Positions 1-10,305 of a stretch of 64,000 nucleotides of DNA are shown in pieces. This DNA comes from Candidatus Dojkabacteria bacterium (GTDB taxonomy: Bacteria; Patescibacteriota; Dojkabacteria; B142; JAFGMG01). Under the pieces are notes generated by a model. That model made no database searches, was not told the origin of the DNA, and saw nothing but the letters and a program-made list of their open reading frames with translations. Positions within the stretch are counted from its first letter, which is position 1, and the number at the start of each line of letters is the position of its first letter. The stretch lies in NCBI GenBank assembly GCA_016927655.1, contig JAFGMG010000001.1, positions 34,818-98,817 of the forward strand, written 5' to 3'. A program made the translations under genes and the position numbers.

Positions 1-762
1 CGCTATACTCAAATCAGTTATTTCTTCATCGTTTGAGACTGAATAGATCTTTCCAGATGTCTCTTTTGTGAACATTGCCTTTATAATTCCATAGGCTGCA
101 TCAAGCACATGCACATACATATTTGACTCAAGGCCATCTGATTTCAGCTTCAAATCTTTGCCCATCACTGCTTCCATTACAAGCTGATCAAATGAGTGAT
201 CTAGATCAAAATCCATTCCGGGACCTACTACCCTTCCGAGCCGAACGATGCGTGCGTCCAGGTCTAATTTTTCCATCGCTTCAAATACAAGTGCTTCAGC
301 GTATCTTTGCATCTCTGTTTGAGAATAAACTGCGTGTTTTTCTTTTGTATTTTTACCAAAATCTATTTCTTCTCTTGAGTTTAGAATTATCTGATTTGCT
401 TTTATTGAAGAACTCAGAAGCATTTTTGCCTTGTATTTGCCAGTTAGATTGATTATCAAATCAAGATAATTTGAATATTGCAAAAACTCCTGACTTGAAA
501 GCTTTGAGCTTGGATGATCATAGTTGTGTCCCAGATAAAAAACATAATCAAGTCTTCTAAGGTCGTCATCCAGAAATTCAACTGAAGAATAATCTAGGAT
601 CGTGAGTAATTTCTGATTTTTGATTACCTCATATTTCTCTCTGGTTTTCTCACTGTCCCTGTCAATAATAACCACATACCCGCCCTGCTCGATAAGACTT
701 TTTGCAATTTCTACAGCTAGAAAATCGTCTCCGCCTATTATCAAAGAGGTTGGATATTTCAC
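1..762 (-). CDS. NAD-dependent epimerase/dehydratase-like (SDR fold) protein, 3' end beyond window edge
   Basis: Manual translation from GTG at 762: VKYPTSLIIGGDDFLAVEIAKSLIEQGGYVVIID...RIVRLGRVVGPG...YVHVLDAAYGII; frame appears open to base 1; not in ORF track. Confidence 0.7.
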   Translation of the reverse strand, partial: MKYPTSLIIGGDDFLAVEIAKSLIEQGGYVVIIDRDSEKTREKYEVIKNQKLLTILDYSSVEFLDDDLRRLDYVFYLGHNYDHPSSKLSSQEFLQYSNYLDLIINLTGKYKAKMLLSSSIKANQIILNSREEIDFGKNTKEKHAVYSQTEMQRYAEALVFEAMEKLDLDARIVRLGRVVGPGMDFDLDHSFDQLVMEAVMGKDLKLKSDGLESNMYVHVLDAAYGIIKAMFTKETSGKIYSVSNDEEITDLSIA

Positions 763-784
763 ACTTGATTTTAATTTATTTTTA

Positions 785-1480
785 TTACTCATTTACTTCA
801 ATAATTTCAATTGGAATTTGAAAAAGGCTTACTTCAACATTAATATCATATCCGCTGAGTAATTCTCTCTGGACATCATCATCCGGCAGTAGACTAAACT
901 CAATCGTTTCAAAATTTTCTTTTAGAATTTTTATATTATAATCCTCAAATAGATTTATTTCATAATTACTAACAGGCGAACTGCCGGCATCTAAATTATT
1001 GATTATGACATTGCTCACATCTGGAGAAGTCGTGATATTCAACTTTGGGGAACCAGGATTTATTGCCCTGGATGTTGTAATGAGATAACCTTCCGAAAAA
1101 TCCTTTGTTGGTCCAAGCTCATATGCGATGACAGTATTTATACCTTTTTCGAACTTGATTACCCTGTTTAACTGATAATAAATCGGATCGTTTGCCTGAT
1201 CTTCAGGGACACGCTTGACAGTTACTAAATGCTCTCCTGGATCGATTTCGACAATATCTAGCGGGGAACCGTCAACAGTAACGTTCCCGGCAAGTTCGCC
1301 ATCGATTTCTACTTCTATTTCACCTGAGAGAGAATACACCTGAAGCCCTGCATAATCAATACTTTGCTTTAGACCGAAAAACTCCATTAAAGAGAAATCA
1401 AGGTTTCTCCATGGAGACCATACTCCAATGATAACGAGCAGAGTAATAACAACAATTGCGATACTGACTTTTTTCAACAC
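785..1480 (-). CDS. PEGA-domain-like membrane-anchored protein
   Basis: N-terminal TM helix; two beta-rich repeats (VEIDGELAG..IDPGEHLVTV; LNITTSPD..VIIN..YNIKILKENF). Confidence 0.6.
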   Translation of the reverse strand: MLKKVSIAIVVITLLVIIGVWSPWRNLDFSLMEFFGLKQSIDYAGLQVYSLSGEIEVEIDGELAGNVTVDGSPLDIVEIDPGEHLVTVKRVPEDQANDPIYYQLNRVIKFEKGINTVIAYELGPTKDFSEGYLITTSRAINPGSPKLNITTSPDVSNVIINNLDAGSSPVSNYEINLFEDYNIKILKENFETIEFSLLPDDDVQRELLSGYDINVEVSLFQIPIEIIEVNE

Positions 1481-1547
1481 CTTTGGCAGCTAAATATAGA
1501 CTTCATTATAGGTAAGAAGTGGAAATACGTCCAGAGATTTGTGCCGT

Positions 1548-1934
1548 TTACCTCTTTGAGAATTGTCTTTGTTTCCTTGCTTTCCTAAGACCAGTCTTTT
1601 TTCTTTCTGTCATTCGATCATCTCTAGTGAGTAGTCCAGCTTTTTTGACAATTGTCTTGAATTCAGGATTCTCTTTTGCAAGCGCTCTTGCTATTGCGTG
1701 TTTGATTGCGTCAATCTGGGAGCTCACTCCACCACCTTGAGTTTTAGCCGTGAAATAATGCGAATCTATTGTTTCAGTCAGCTTCAACGGCTCAAGAATT
1801 CTGGCTCTGTCGTTTGGATCGGGATATACTTCTTCGATTTTTTTATCATTCACCAAATTATCTCCCTTTTGCGGATATAGTCTTAGAGTTGATGTTGATG
1901 TTTTTCGTCTTCCTTTTGTATATATGTACTTCAT
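1548..1934 (-). CDS. rpsI: 30S ribosomal protein S9
   Basis: GRRKTS, GGGVSSQ, ERKKTGLRKARKQRQFSKR. Confidence 0.97.
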   Translation of the reverse strand: MKYIYTKGRRKTSTSTLRLYPQKGDNLVNDKKIEEVYPDPNDRARILEPLKLTETIDSHYFTAKTQGGGVSSQIDAIKHAIARALAKENPEFKTIVKKAGLLTRDDRMTERKKTGLRKARKQRQFSKR

Positions 1935-2368
1935 GAGTTTTCTATTTCAATTTTAATAGGTTTTTGTGCTTCATGCGGGTGACTTTCTCCTTCGAAAACA
2001 TAAAGCCTTTTTAACATTGCTGAGCCGATTTTATTATTTGGCAGCATACCCCTTACCGCAAGCCTGATAACCTCTTCAGGTTTCTCATCCATCATAGTTT
2101 TCAGGCTTTTTTGTTTTAGTCCGCCCATATGACCTGAGTGTCTGTAATACATTTTCCTATCAAGCTTTTTTGGGTGTACTGACAATTTTTTCGCATTTAT
2201 CACGACAACTTGATCCCCATTATCCAGATGGCCGGAAAGTTGCACTTTATTTTTGCCGATAAGCCTTGTCGCTATTTCAGTAGCTAATCTCCCCAGCCTT
2301 ATATTTGCTGCATCTATCAGATACCAGTCACGTTTTATTTCTTTTTCAGTCATTGTTCTTGTCTTCAT
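1931..2368 (-). CDS. rplM: 50S ribosomal protein L13
   Basis: WYLIDA..LGRLA, YYRHSGHMGGLK, AVRGMLP. Confidence 0.97.
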   Translation of the reverse strand: MKTRTMTEKEIKRDWYLIDAANIRLGRLATEIATRLIGKNKVQLSGHLDNGDQVVVINAKKLSVHPKKLDRKMYYRHSGHMGGLKQKSLKTMMDEKPEEVIRLAVRGMLPNNKIGSAMLKRLYVFEGESHPHEAQKPIKIEIENS

Positions 2369-2775
2369 TTTTTATTCTTTTTAGCTTTTTTATCCTTTTT
2401 ATCTTTTGGCTTATCTTCGAGGCTCAGTTTTAAAAGGGACATTTTAGAATTATCTCCCTTCCTGTTCTCGACTTTATAGATTTTTGTAAATCCGCCAGTT
2501 TTGCTGTTATCCAGCAAAGGTTTGAGATCCTTTATCAAGTAATCATTCAAATCCTTTGTTTTTAGACGTTTTTCCAAAAAGCGCTCTAATTCCATACCTT
2601 CTTTATTTACCAGTCCAAAGAGCAGTTTATCACTAAATTGCTTTACTACTTTTGCTTTTGCAGTTGTAGTTTCAAGACGTTTATAGCGGACAAGCGACTT
2701 TGCCTGAATTATTATCAGAGCATCACGTTCGCTTTTCGGTCTCGATAGGTTGTTTACTTTATTGCCGTGTCTCAT
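2365..2775 (-). CDS. rplQ: 50S ribosomal protein L17
   Basis: MRHG..LSR, ETTTAKAK, GGFTKI..RKGDNS; follows rpoA. Confidence 0.93.
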   Translation of the reverse strand: MRHGNKVNNLSRPKSERDALIIIQAKSLVRYKRLETTTAKAKVVKQFSDKLLFGLVNKEGMELERFLEKRLKTKDLNDYLIKDLKPLLDNSKTGGFTKIYKVENRKGDNSKMSLLKLSLEDKPKDKKDKKAKKNKK

Positions 2776-3713
2776 TTTTTAAGTGAAAATCCAAAATCAG
2801 TTAATATTTCATTTAATTCTTCAAATGACTTGCTTCCCATTCCCCGATAATTCTCAACCTCTTCATAATCTTTTGAATCTAATTCATTTAGTGTAGCAAT
2901 TCCGGCATTCATCAAAGAATTTGTCAATCTTGTGGACATACTGACCTCGCTGATTTTTATTTTCTCTCCATCTTCCTCTTTTGTACTCTCTTTGCTCATT
3001 GAGGCAACCTCATCGGAATCTCCTCCAAAAATATTCACCAATTTATTTGCGATCATGTCATAAATTTCCGCTGCTTCCAGGAGAACTTCGGCTGGAGTTT
3101 TTACTTTGTTCGTAGTGATATTTAGATTTATCAAATCATAGTCAGTTCTTTGTCCAACTCGAGCTTGTGCAATCTGATACTCAACCCTCACAACAGGATT
3201 AAAGTTCGCATCAATTGGTAAATTCCCGATTTCTTTTCTAATGCTCTCATCAGGATATGCATATCCGATACCCCTTTTTATCCTTATTTCCGCATCAATT
3301 TTGCTTGCAGCTCCTGATAAAGTTGTAATAACAAGATCCTTATTTACAATCTCCACATCAGCATTTGGCTCGATGTCTTTAGCTGTAATTTCGACTACGT
3401 CACCTTTTTTGCCTTTCTTACTTAGCTTCAATACTACGTCATCTTGAGTATGTGAAACTATGGCGAGCTCTTTGATATTTAGTAAAATAGCCAAAACGTC
3501 ATCCTGGACTCCTTCTAAAGAACTATACTCATGATCTACTCCGTTTAGCTTTACTCCAACAACTGCTGCGCCCTCGATTGAAGAAAGAAGTATTCTTCTT
3601 AAAGAATTTGCGACTGTATGTCCGAATCCTTTTGGCAATGGACCGATTTCATATTCACCATGTTCCCCGTCTTCTTTTATTTTCTTTAGTTTAAATTTGT
3701 CAATTTCCAGCAT
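2772..3713 (-). CDS. rpoA: RNA polymerase alpha subunit
   Basis: PLPKGFGHTVANSLRRILLSSIEG, HEYS..GVQDDV, C-terminal alpha-CTD. Confidence 0.98.
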   Translation of the reverse strand: MLEIDKFKLKKIKEDGEHGEYEIGPLPKGFGHTVANSLRRILLSSIEGAAVVGVKLNGVDHEYSSLEGVQDDVLAILLNIKELAIVSHTQDDVVLKLSKKGKKGDVVEITAKDIEPNADVEIVNKDLVITTLSGAASKIDAEIRIKRGIGYAYPDESIRKEIGNLPIDANFNPVVRVEYQIAQARVGQRTDYDLINLNITTNKVKTPAEVLLEAAEIYDMIANKLVNIFGGDSDEVASMSKESTKEEDGEKIKISEVSMSTRLTNSLMNAGIATLNELDSKDYEEVENYRGMGSKSFEELNEILTDFGFSLKK

Positions 3714-3754
3714 TTGAATTGAAGTAATAATTAAATCTCAATATTAAATAGTTA

Positions 3755-4354
3755 TTATCTTGAATATAATTCAACTATACTTTGTTCTTTGATACTCTTG
3801 TCCATTTGATCTCTCGTTGGCTCTGCCAAGACTTTCCCGCTTGTTTTGGCCTTCGAAAGCCATTCTGGCGCTTTATGTTTCTCAGCTTTTAACTCTGCAT
3901 CGATTTGATCTGATATCGGAGATTTTGTAAACTTTGACTTCAAGCTGACCTCATCCCCGACATTTAGAATCATCGAAGGAATATCCGCTCTCACGCCATT
4001 AACTTGTACATGACCATGATTTACAAATTGTCTGGCCTGGTTTCTCGTTTTTGCAAATCCAAGCCTATAGACAACATTATCAAGCCTCAATTCAAGTAAT
4101 TGTAGAAATCTCGTTCCAGTATTTCCAGTCGCTTTCTTTGCTTCAGCAAAAAATCTTCTAAATTGTTTCTCAGTCATCAGATACATTCTTTTGACCTTTT
4201 GTTTTTCTCTAAACTGAATAGCAAAGTTAGAAGGTCTTTTCCTGCTAACTGGGTGCTGTCCTGGCAACCCTGTTCTCTTTTTCCAGGCATCACTTCCGAA
4301 TATTGTTGCTTGTTCTCTTCTTTCAAGTTTTCTTTTTGGTCCTGTATATCTCAT
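3755..4354 (-). CDS. rpsD: 30S ribosomal protein S4
   Basis: MRYTGP, EKQKVK, LELRLDNVVYRLGFA. Confidence 0.98.
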   Translation of the reverse strand: MRYTGPKRKLERREQATIFGSDAWKKRTGLPGQHPVSRKRPSNFAIQFREKQKVKRMYLMTEKQFRRFFAEAKKATGNTGTRFLQLLELRLDNVVYRLGFAKTRNQARQFVNHGHVQVNGVRADIPSMILNVGDEVSLKSKFTKSPISDQIDAELKAEKHKAPEWLSKAKTSGKVLAEPTRDQMDKSIKEQSIVELYSR

Positions 4355-4378
4355 ACTAAGTGATTATTTCAAATTAAA

Positions 4379-4831
4379 CTATTTCTTTGGACTCTTCCTT
4401 GATACTGTCCCTCCATGTTTTACCGGTGTGTAATCAGAAAGTGAGGTAATTTTCAATCCTCCCGATCTAATGCCTTTTACAGCAGCCTGCCTGCCCATTC
4501 CCATACCAGACACAACGACAATCGCTTCTTTTGCTCCGTGTTTAGCTGCTTTAGCAACTGCATCTTCAGCAGCTTTCGTGGCTGCAAACGCAGTACTTTT
4601 TTTCGAACCGGTAAATCCGATTAAACCACCGCTGCTGCTCGCAAGAACGTTCCCATCATAATCAGTTATCGTAACGATGGTGTTGTTGTATCCGCTTTTT
4701 ATTTTAACTTTAACCTTCTGTACATTCTTTTTCTTCGTTTTTTTTGTCGCAACAGGCGCTTTTGCCACCTTCGCTGCTTTGCCCGCCTTTTCAACTTTTA
4801 CATCTTTAGTTTTTTCAGTATTTTTTGCCAT
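4379..4831 (-). CDS. rpsK: 30S ribosomal protein S11 with Lys/Ala-rich N-terminal extension
   Basis: NNTIVTITD, GFTGSKKSTAFAA, TPVKHGG. Confidence 0.96.
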   Translation of the reverse strand: MAKNTEKTKDVKVEKAGKAAKVAKAPVATKKTKKKNVQKVKVKIKSGYNNTIVTITDYDGNVLASSSGGLIGFTGSKKSTAFAATKAAEDAVAKAAKHGAKEAIVVVSGMGMGRQAAVKGIRSGGLKITSLSDYTPVKHGGTVSRKSPKK

Positions 4832-4851
4832 GTTGTTATTAGTATATTAAA

Positions 4852-5235
4852 TCAAGTTTTTTCAATCTTTCTTTTTAGGCCGCCGACTGCAATATTCCTA
4901 CCTTTTCTAGTAACGGCATTAGTTCTAGTCCGCTGACCTCTAACTGGCAGACTCAATCTGTGTCGCAAACCCCTATAGGATTTGATATCTTTAAGCCTTT
5001 TTATATTTTTGAAAACCTCCTGTTTGAGCTCTCCTTCAACTGTAAAGCTCTCCTCAACGACTTGTGCAATTTTCATCAATTTTTGCTCGTCGAGGTCTTT
5101 TACCCTGACTAACGGATCAATATTTACCATTTTGAGAATTTTTGCTGATGCCGCGTCGCCTACTCCATAAATATAGGTAAGTGCAACTCCGATTCCCTTT
5201 TCGTTTGGTATTTCTACTCCTAATATTCTAGCCAT
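4852..5235 (-). CDS. rpsM: 30S ribosomal protein S13
   Basis: MARILGVEIP, YRGLRH..LPVRGQRTRTNA. Confidence 0.98.
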   Translation of the reverse strand: MARILGVEIPNEKGIGVALTYIYGVGDAASAKILKMVNIDPLVRVKDLDEQKLMKIAQVVEESFTVEGELKQEVFKNIKRLKDIKSYRGLRHRLSLPVRGQRTRTNAVTRKGRNIAVGGLKRKIEKT

Positions 5236-5265
5236 TTTTCAAAATATTAATTAAATGTAAAGAGT

Positions 5266-5397
5266 CTAACCTTGTCTTTGTTTATGCCGTGGATTCTTTT
5301 TACAATAAACGTACATTATCGTCTTCCCTTTGGAGTTCTTCCTTTTGACAATGTAACAATGTACACATCTTTTTTTAACTGACGATTTTACGTTCAT
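5266..5397 (-). CDS. rpmJ: 50S ribosomal protein L36 (Zn-binding type)
   Basis: Manual translation [43 protein letters not shown]; lies between infA and rpsM; too short for the ORF track. Confidence 0.95.
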   Translation of the reverse strand: MNVKSSVKKRCVHCYIVKRKNSKGKTIMYVYCKKNPRHKQRQG

Positions 5398-5403
5398 TTG
5401 CTA

Positions 5404-5631
5404 TTAGTATCTGTAAGTAATTCTTCCTTTATCAAGATCGTATGGGCTCATCTCTACATCTACCTCATCTCCCTGGATAAGCTTGATGTAGTGCATCCTC
5501 ATCTTTCCCGAGATGTATCCTAAAATTGTATGTTCTTTGCCTTTAAGATCAATCATTACTTTGAATTTTGTGTTGGGCAATACTTCGACAATTTTCCCTC
5601 TTACCTTGATTTTCTTCTTCGGATCCTTCAT
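5404..5631 (-). CDS. infA: Translation initiation factor IF-1
   Basis: [32 protein letters not shown]. Confidence 0.97.
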   Translation of the reverse strand: MKDPKKKIKVRGKIVEVLPNTKFKVMIDLKGKEHTILGYISGKMRMHYIKLIQGDEVDVEMSPYDLDKGRITYRY

Positions 5632-5708
5632 AAATACCTAAAGACAATAAAATAAGCTCTCTTATTTTTTACCAAAGAGAACTATATGAATTATATCAAA
5701 ATTTGGCT

Positions 5709-6488
5709 TTAAAACAAGCCCTTTTCGCTTCTTTTTGTCAAAATCTCCACTCCTGAGGCATTTAAAGCAACTGTATGTTCAAACATTGCAAATCTTCCAC
5801 CATCTGTTAATCTTGTTGACCAGCCATCCGAGTCTAATGTGATATCCGGTTCATATTCTGCAACCATAGGCTCTATAGTGAAAACCATTCCTTCTTTTAG
5901 CTCTTCCCCCTGGCCTGGTGTCCCGAAACAAGGAATTTTTGGTTCTTCATGCATTTCTTGCCCGATTCCATGCCCGACATAATTTCTCAAAACACTAAAT
6001 CCAAGCGGCTTGATAATTCCCTCCATTGCTGCCCCCAAATCTCCAATTGTCTTTCCGGCCTTTACTGTTGATATTGCTTTTTCCATGGCTTTTTTGGTAT
6101 TTTCAATCAGCTCTCTCCCTTTTGTATCAACATTCCAGATTCCTTTTGTCACAGCATGATCTACAAACCAGCCGTCTTGATCAATAACCATATCGATTGT
6201 TACAATATCTCCATCCTTAAATTTGTTATCTTTAGGTATATTGTGTACTGCCTGATCGTTGACACCAATACAAGTCGCTGCCGGATAACCCATGTAACCC
6301 ATACATGAAGGATTTACTTCAAATTCCCGGCAGAGTTCTATTGCTCTTTTTTCAAGGTCCAGCGGAGTATTTCCTACCTCAACCAGTTCGTATAAATTAG
6401 CAACAATTTCAGCTAGAATTGAACCCAGCTCCTTCATTTTCTCAACCTGCTGGGGTGTTTTGAGTATTATTCCCGTTTTCGCACTCAT
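5709..6488 (-). CDS. map: Methionine aminopeptidase type I
   Basis: GDIVTIDMV, GHGIGQEMHEEP, FTIEPM, FEHTV. Confidence 0.97.
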   Translation of the reverse strand: MSAKTGIILKTPQQVEKMKELGSILAEIVANLYELVEVGNTPLDLEKRAIELCREFEVNPSCMGYMGYPAATCIGVNDQAVHNIPKDNKFKDGDIVTIDMVIDQDGWFVDHAVTKGIWNVDTKGRELIENTKKAMEKAISTVKAGKTIGDLGAAMEGIIKPLGFSVLRNYVGHGIGQEMHEEPKIPCFGTPGQGEELKEGMVFTIEPMVAEYEPDITLDSDGWSTRLTDGGRFAMFEHTVALNASGVEILTKRSEKGLF

Positions 6489-7843
6489 CTTATGTATTTT
6501 TCGTAGCTGCTGGTTACAATATATGATCCGATCTGTCTATATGTGTCAACGATTACCCCGACAATAATCAATATACTAGTCCCTCCGATTCCTGATAGAA
6601 CCAAAAGATTCTGCTCCTGGAATCCGATTTGGAAAAGAGTCGGCACTAATGCTACACTTGCTAAAAATATCGCTCCTACAAATGTAAGTTTTATAAGCAC
6701 GTGGGAAATGAATTTTGCTGTAGAGTCTCCAGGCCTTATACCGGGAATAAATCCGCCGCTCTTTCTAAGATTGTCTGCCACTTCGTCTGGTTTCATCACA
6801 ACAAAAGTATAAAAGTACGAAAATCCAACGATTAAGACAAAGTATGTAATCAAGTAGCCTACAGAATTAAAGTCAGTTAAAAATGAATCGTTTACTGTTC
6901 GTGCAATGTCAAAAAATATTCCAGAATCTAACTGCTGCACTGCAAATTGAGCGATTATTTGAGGGAATGTCAATAATGATGAAGCGAAGATTACCGGGAT
7001 AACTCCTGCCTGGTTAAGTTTCAATGGCAGGAAACTGCTTTGCATGCTTCCTGTAGTCCTTACACGTCTTGCGTATTGGATTTTTAGTTTCCTTGTTGCT
7101 TCAGTCACATATACAATTCCGGCAATCATGACTGTAAACCCAAGGATCAAAACAGCAATTGCATAAAAACTCTGCATTCTAAATAGATCGCTGAATTTAT
7201 CAAGCTCAGAGAAATCCAGGGAAAGTGATTCGAAATCCTGTCTAACTAAGGAAGGCAGCGAACCTAAAATACCAATTGTAATAATGATTGACGAACCATT
7301 TCCAATACCCCTGTCACTTATGTTTTCTCCAAGCCACATAAGCAACATACTGCCTGCTGTAAGGGCGAGAACCATTAAAGCTTTATCAATTGCAGTTACT
7401 CCAACAACGAAATCTGCCAAAGCCGGCTGAGATTCCATTTGAGAAAGCAATAGGACAATAATCACGATAGACTGAATCAATGCAAGCGGCAATGTCAAAT
7501 ATCTTGTGTATTGATTGATAATTTTTTTGCCTCTTTCCCCCTCTTTGGAAATTTCTTCGAGCTGAGGAATAATTGAGCTTAGAAGCTGCATAATAATCGA
7601 AGCGTTAATGTACGGGCCGATACCAATCGCAACAATTGAGAAGCTATCAATTCTTCCCCCGGTAATAAGTGTATAAAACGTTGAAAATGGATTATCCCCT
7701 GTGGTTTCTTGTATTACATCATTTGTAAATCCCGGAATCGGGACTATATTTAGCAGCCTTATAATCAGTATAATACCCAGGGTAAAAATAATTCTGTTAC
7801 GCAATTCTTTGTTTGAAAATACGCTTTTGATTTTCGCTAACAT
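6485..7843 (-). CDS. secY: Preprotein translocase SecY
   Basis: GIGPYINASIIMQLL, GIGNGSSIII, AGVIPVIFAS, GGFIPGIRPG. Confidence 0.98.
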   Translation of the reverse strand: MLAKIKSVFSNKELRNRIIFTLGIILIIRLLNIVPIPGFTNDVIQETTGDNPFSTFYTLITGGRIDSFSIVAIGIGPYINASIIMQLLSSIIPQLEEISKEGERGKKIINQYTRYLTLPLALIQSIVIIVLLLSQMESQPALADFVVGVTAIDKALMVLALTAGSMLLMWLGENISDRGIGNGSSIIITIGILGSLPSLVRQDFESLSLDFSELDKFSDLFRMQSFYAIAVLILGFTVMIAGIVYVTEATRKLKIQYARRVRTTGSMQSSFLPLKLNQAGVIPVIFASSLLTFPQIIAQFAVQQLDSGIFFDIARTVNDSFLTDFNSVGYLITYFVLIVGFSYFYTFVVMKPDEVADNLRKSGGFIPGIRPGDSTAKFISHVLIKLTFVGAIFLASVALVPTLFQIGFQEQNLLVLSGIGGTSILIIVGVIVDTYRQIGSYIVTSSYEKYIR

Positions 7844-7871
7844 AGGATTATAAGAATATTTTTAGATACCT

Positions 7872-8318
7872 TTACGCCTCGATTTTGCCGCCGGCTTTTT
7901 CAATCGCTGCTCTTGCTGTTTTGGACGTGTCGATCCCTTTGATAGTCAGCTTCTTTTTTAATTCTCCGTTAGCGACAATTTTTATATCAAGATTTTGTGA
8001 TTTACTAGATATCAAACCGCTTTTCTCAAGAGTTTCAGGACTAACTACATCACCTTCAAATTTTTGGAGATCATCAAGTCCTAAAAGGATTTTCTTTGCT
8101 TTTACAAATTCACCTCTTGAAAAACCCTTAAGTTTTGGGATTCTTCTTGAAAGAGGCATTGATCCCCCTTCAAAATCAGGCCTTGGCTTTTTGTAACCTG
8201 CCCTTGATTTTTGACCTTTCTGACCTCTGCCAACAGTATGACCGCCTTTTCCACTCCCATAACCTCTACCAACTCTTTTTCTGCTTTTCGTTTTTATTTT
8301 GTTGAGCTTTTCTAACAT
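7872..8318 (-). CDS. rplO: 50S ribosomal protein L15
   Basis: KRVGRGYGSGKGG..GRGQKGQKSR, FEGG. Confidence 0.97.
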   Translation of the reverse strand: MLEKLNKIKTKSRKRVGRGYGSGKGGHTVGRGQKGQKSRAGYKKPRPDFEGGSMPLSRRIPKLKGFSRGEFVKAKKILLGLDDLQKFEGDVVSPETLEKSGLISSKSQNLDIKIVANGELKKKLTIKGIDTSKTARAAIEKAGGKIEA

Positions 8319-8332
8319 ATCGTTTAATTTGT

Positions 8333-8938
8333 TTAAATTCTAGTCGTCTTGATTGAAGCAAGTGCTTCAAGTGTTACATAGGCGTTGTTGATACTATTTC
8401 TACTGCCTAGAACTTTCGTTAATATATCTTTGATACCGGCCATTTCAATAACTGCCCTGACTGAACTCCCGGCAATAATTCCTGTTCCAGGTGCTGCAGG
8501 TTTCAAAAACACTTTAGCTGCACCCTTTTTGTACTGAATATCATGAGCAATAGTATCTCCTTTTTTCTCAATATGAACCAAGTGTTTTTTTGCGTATGAT
8601 ACAGCTTTTTCTTCTGCAGCTTTTACGTCAGCCCCCTTCCCAACACCAATCCCGACATTACCTTTTTTGTCTCCAACCACTACAACAGTACTCAGTCTCA
8701 TTCTTTTTCCTCCTTTGTAAACTCTCGTTACCCGCCTGATTGAAACAATCCTGCTATCATAACCATCATCATTTCCGGCTTTTCTTTTGTCTCTCGACCT
8801 TCTGCCGCTTCTTGGCTGAGTTCTTTTGACTTTAATTCTTTCAAGTGTTTTTTTAGGAGAAGCAGCGTTAGTGCTTACAACTTTTTTTGCCTGCGCTGGT
8901 GTATTTGCTTTTGTTTTCTTTTCTTCGGCGTCTGCCAT
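8333..8938 (-). CDS. rpsE: 30S ribosomal protein S5 with N-terminal extension
   Basis: RVTRVYKGGKR, PAAPGTGIIAG. Confidence 0.97.
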   Translation of the reverse strand: MADAEEKKTKANTPAQAKKVVSTNAASPKKTLERIKVKRTQPRSGRRSRDKRKAGNDDGYDSRIVSIRRVTRVYKGGKRMRLSTVVVVGDKKGNVGIGVGKGADVKAAEEKAVSYAKKHLVHIEKKGDTIAHDIQYKKGAAKVFLKPAAPGTGIIAGSSVRAVIEMAGIKDILTKVLGSRNSINNAYVTLEALASIKTTRI

Positions 8939-8949
8939 TTAAATTTGAA

Positions 8950-9282
8950 TTAAAATTTAAGTCCATTCTGCCTTGCAGCTTCTGCAAGCGCTTTGATTCT
9001 ACCATGATATTTGTAAAAATTCCGATCAAACACGACTTCTTCTATCCCTTTTTTGACAGCTAGTTTTGCAATGGTTTCGCCTACTTTAACCGCCCGCTCT
9101 GTTTTATTTAGTTTTTTATCAATGACTGAATCTGTAGTCCCTACGATAGTATTTCCAGTAGCATCATCAATGACTTGAGCAGAAATATACCTATTGCTTC
9201 TAAAAACTAACAGTCTGTTTTTTCTCTGCTTCTTGAGACCTGCTCTTACTCTGTTTTGTCTTTTTTGTCTTCTTTTTTCCAT
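8950..9282 (-). CDS. rplR: 50S ribosomal protein L18
   Basis: [30 protein letters not shown]. Confidence 0.97.
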   Translation of the reverse strand: MEKRRQKRQNRVRAGLKKQRKNRLLVFRSNRYISAQVIDDATGNTIVGTTDSVIDKKLNKTERAVKVGETIAKLAVKKGIEEVVFDRNFYKYHGRIKALAEAARQNGLKF

Positions 9283-9298
9283 AATTTTATAATTTTAA

Positions 9299-9862
9299 TT
9301 ATTCGGATGCAGCAGCTGCTTTTCCAGCTTTTCTTTTTACCTGCTCGCCTTTGTATCTGATACCTTTGCCCTTATATGGCTCCGGCTTTCTGATTTCTCT
9401 AATTGCCGCTGCGACTTGACCTACTAGATGTTTATCAATTCCAGTGATTTTGACCTCTGTCTTGTCTGCGACCTCAATTTTGATTCCTTCTGGTGTTTTA
9501 TAAAGAACCGGATGAGTAAGTCCTAGAGATAATTCTATATCATTGCCTTTCATCTCAGCTCTATAGCCGACCCCAACCAATTCCAGATCTTTCTGGAATC
9601 CTTTTGTAACACCTTCAATCATGTTTGCAATTAGACTTCTATATAATCCATGCAGCCCCTTGTTCATTTTTGAGTCATTCTTCCTCTCAAGAATAACAGT
9701 ATCATTCTCAACTTTTACATCAATGCCCTTTCTCACATCTTCACTCAATTCACCTTTTGGGCCTTTTACACTGACACTCAAGTGATTGAACCTGCCACCT
9801 GGACTAACCTCTACGCTAACCCCGTTTTCAATTGTTATTGGATTTTTACCAATTCTTGACAT
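9299..9862 (-). CDS. rplF: 50S ribosomal protein L6
   Basis: MSRIGKNPI, PEPYKGKGIRY. Confidence 0.98.
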   Translation of the reverse strand: MSRIGKNPITIENGVSVEVSPGGRFNHLSVSVKGPKGELSEDVRKGIDVKVENDTVILERKNDSKMNKGLHGLYRSLIANMIEGVTKGFQKDLELVGVGYRAEMKGNDIELSLGLTHPVLYKTPEGIKIEVADKTEVKITGIDKHLVGQVAAAIREIRKPEPYKGKGIRYKGEQVKRKAGKAAAASE

Positions 9863-9878
9863 AATATTTTCTTAATTA

Positions 9879-10280
9879 TTACCAAATTTTGCATAAAAGT
9901 TCTCCTCCTACTTGCTCTTCTTTTGCTTTTTTCCCTGTTAAAAGACCTTTTGGAGTTGTTAAGATACTTATTCCAAGCCCATATTTGATCCTGCCGATAT
10001 CTCTATAACCTGAATATATTCTGACTCCAGGTTTTGATATTCGAATTAGTTCTTTGATCGCTGATTCGCCGTTTATATATTTCAATTTCAAATTAAGTTG
10101 TTTTTGGACTTCTTTCTCTTTTGGCTCTTCAACCTTATAGTCTAGAATATATCCCTCTTCCTTCAAAATCGCTGCTATAGCCTCCAGCATTTTTGTGGAA
10201 GGAACATTCAATGTTTTCTGTTTTCTTGCTATAGCATTCCTTATTCTTGTTAGGAAGTCTGCTATTGGATCATTGACCAT
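9879..10280 (-). CDS. rpsH: 30S ribosomal protein S8
   Basis: DPIADFLTRIRNA, SKPGVRIY, GGELLCKIW. Confidence 0.98.
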   Translation of the reverse strand: MVNDPIADFLTRIRNAIARKQKTLNVPSTKMLEAIAAILKEEGYILDYKVEEPKEKEVQKQLNLKLKYINGESAIKELIRISKPGVRIYSGYRDIGRIKYGLGISILTTPKGLLTGKKAKEEQVGGELLCKIW

Positions 10281-10305
10281 GATTTATCTCTTAAATTAAT
10301 TAAAT

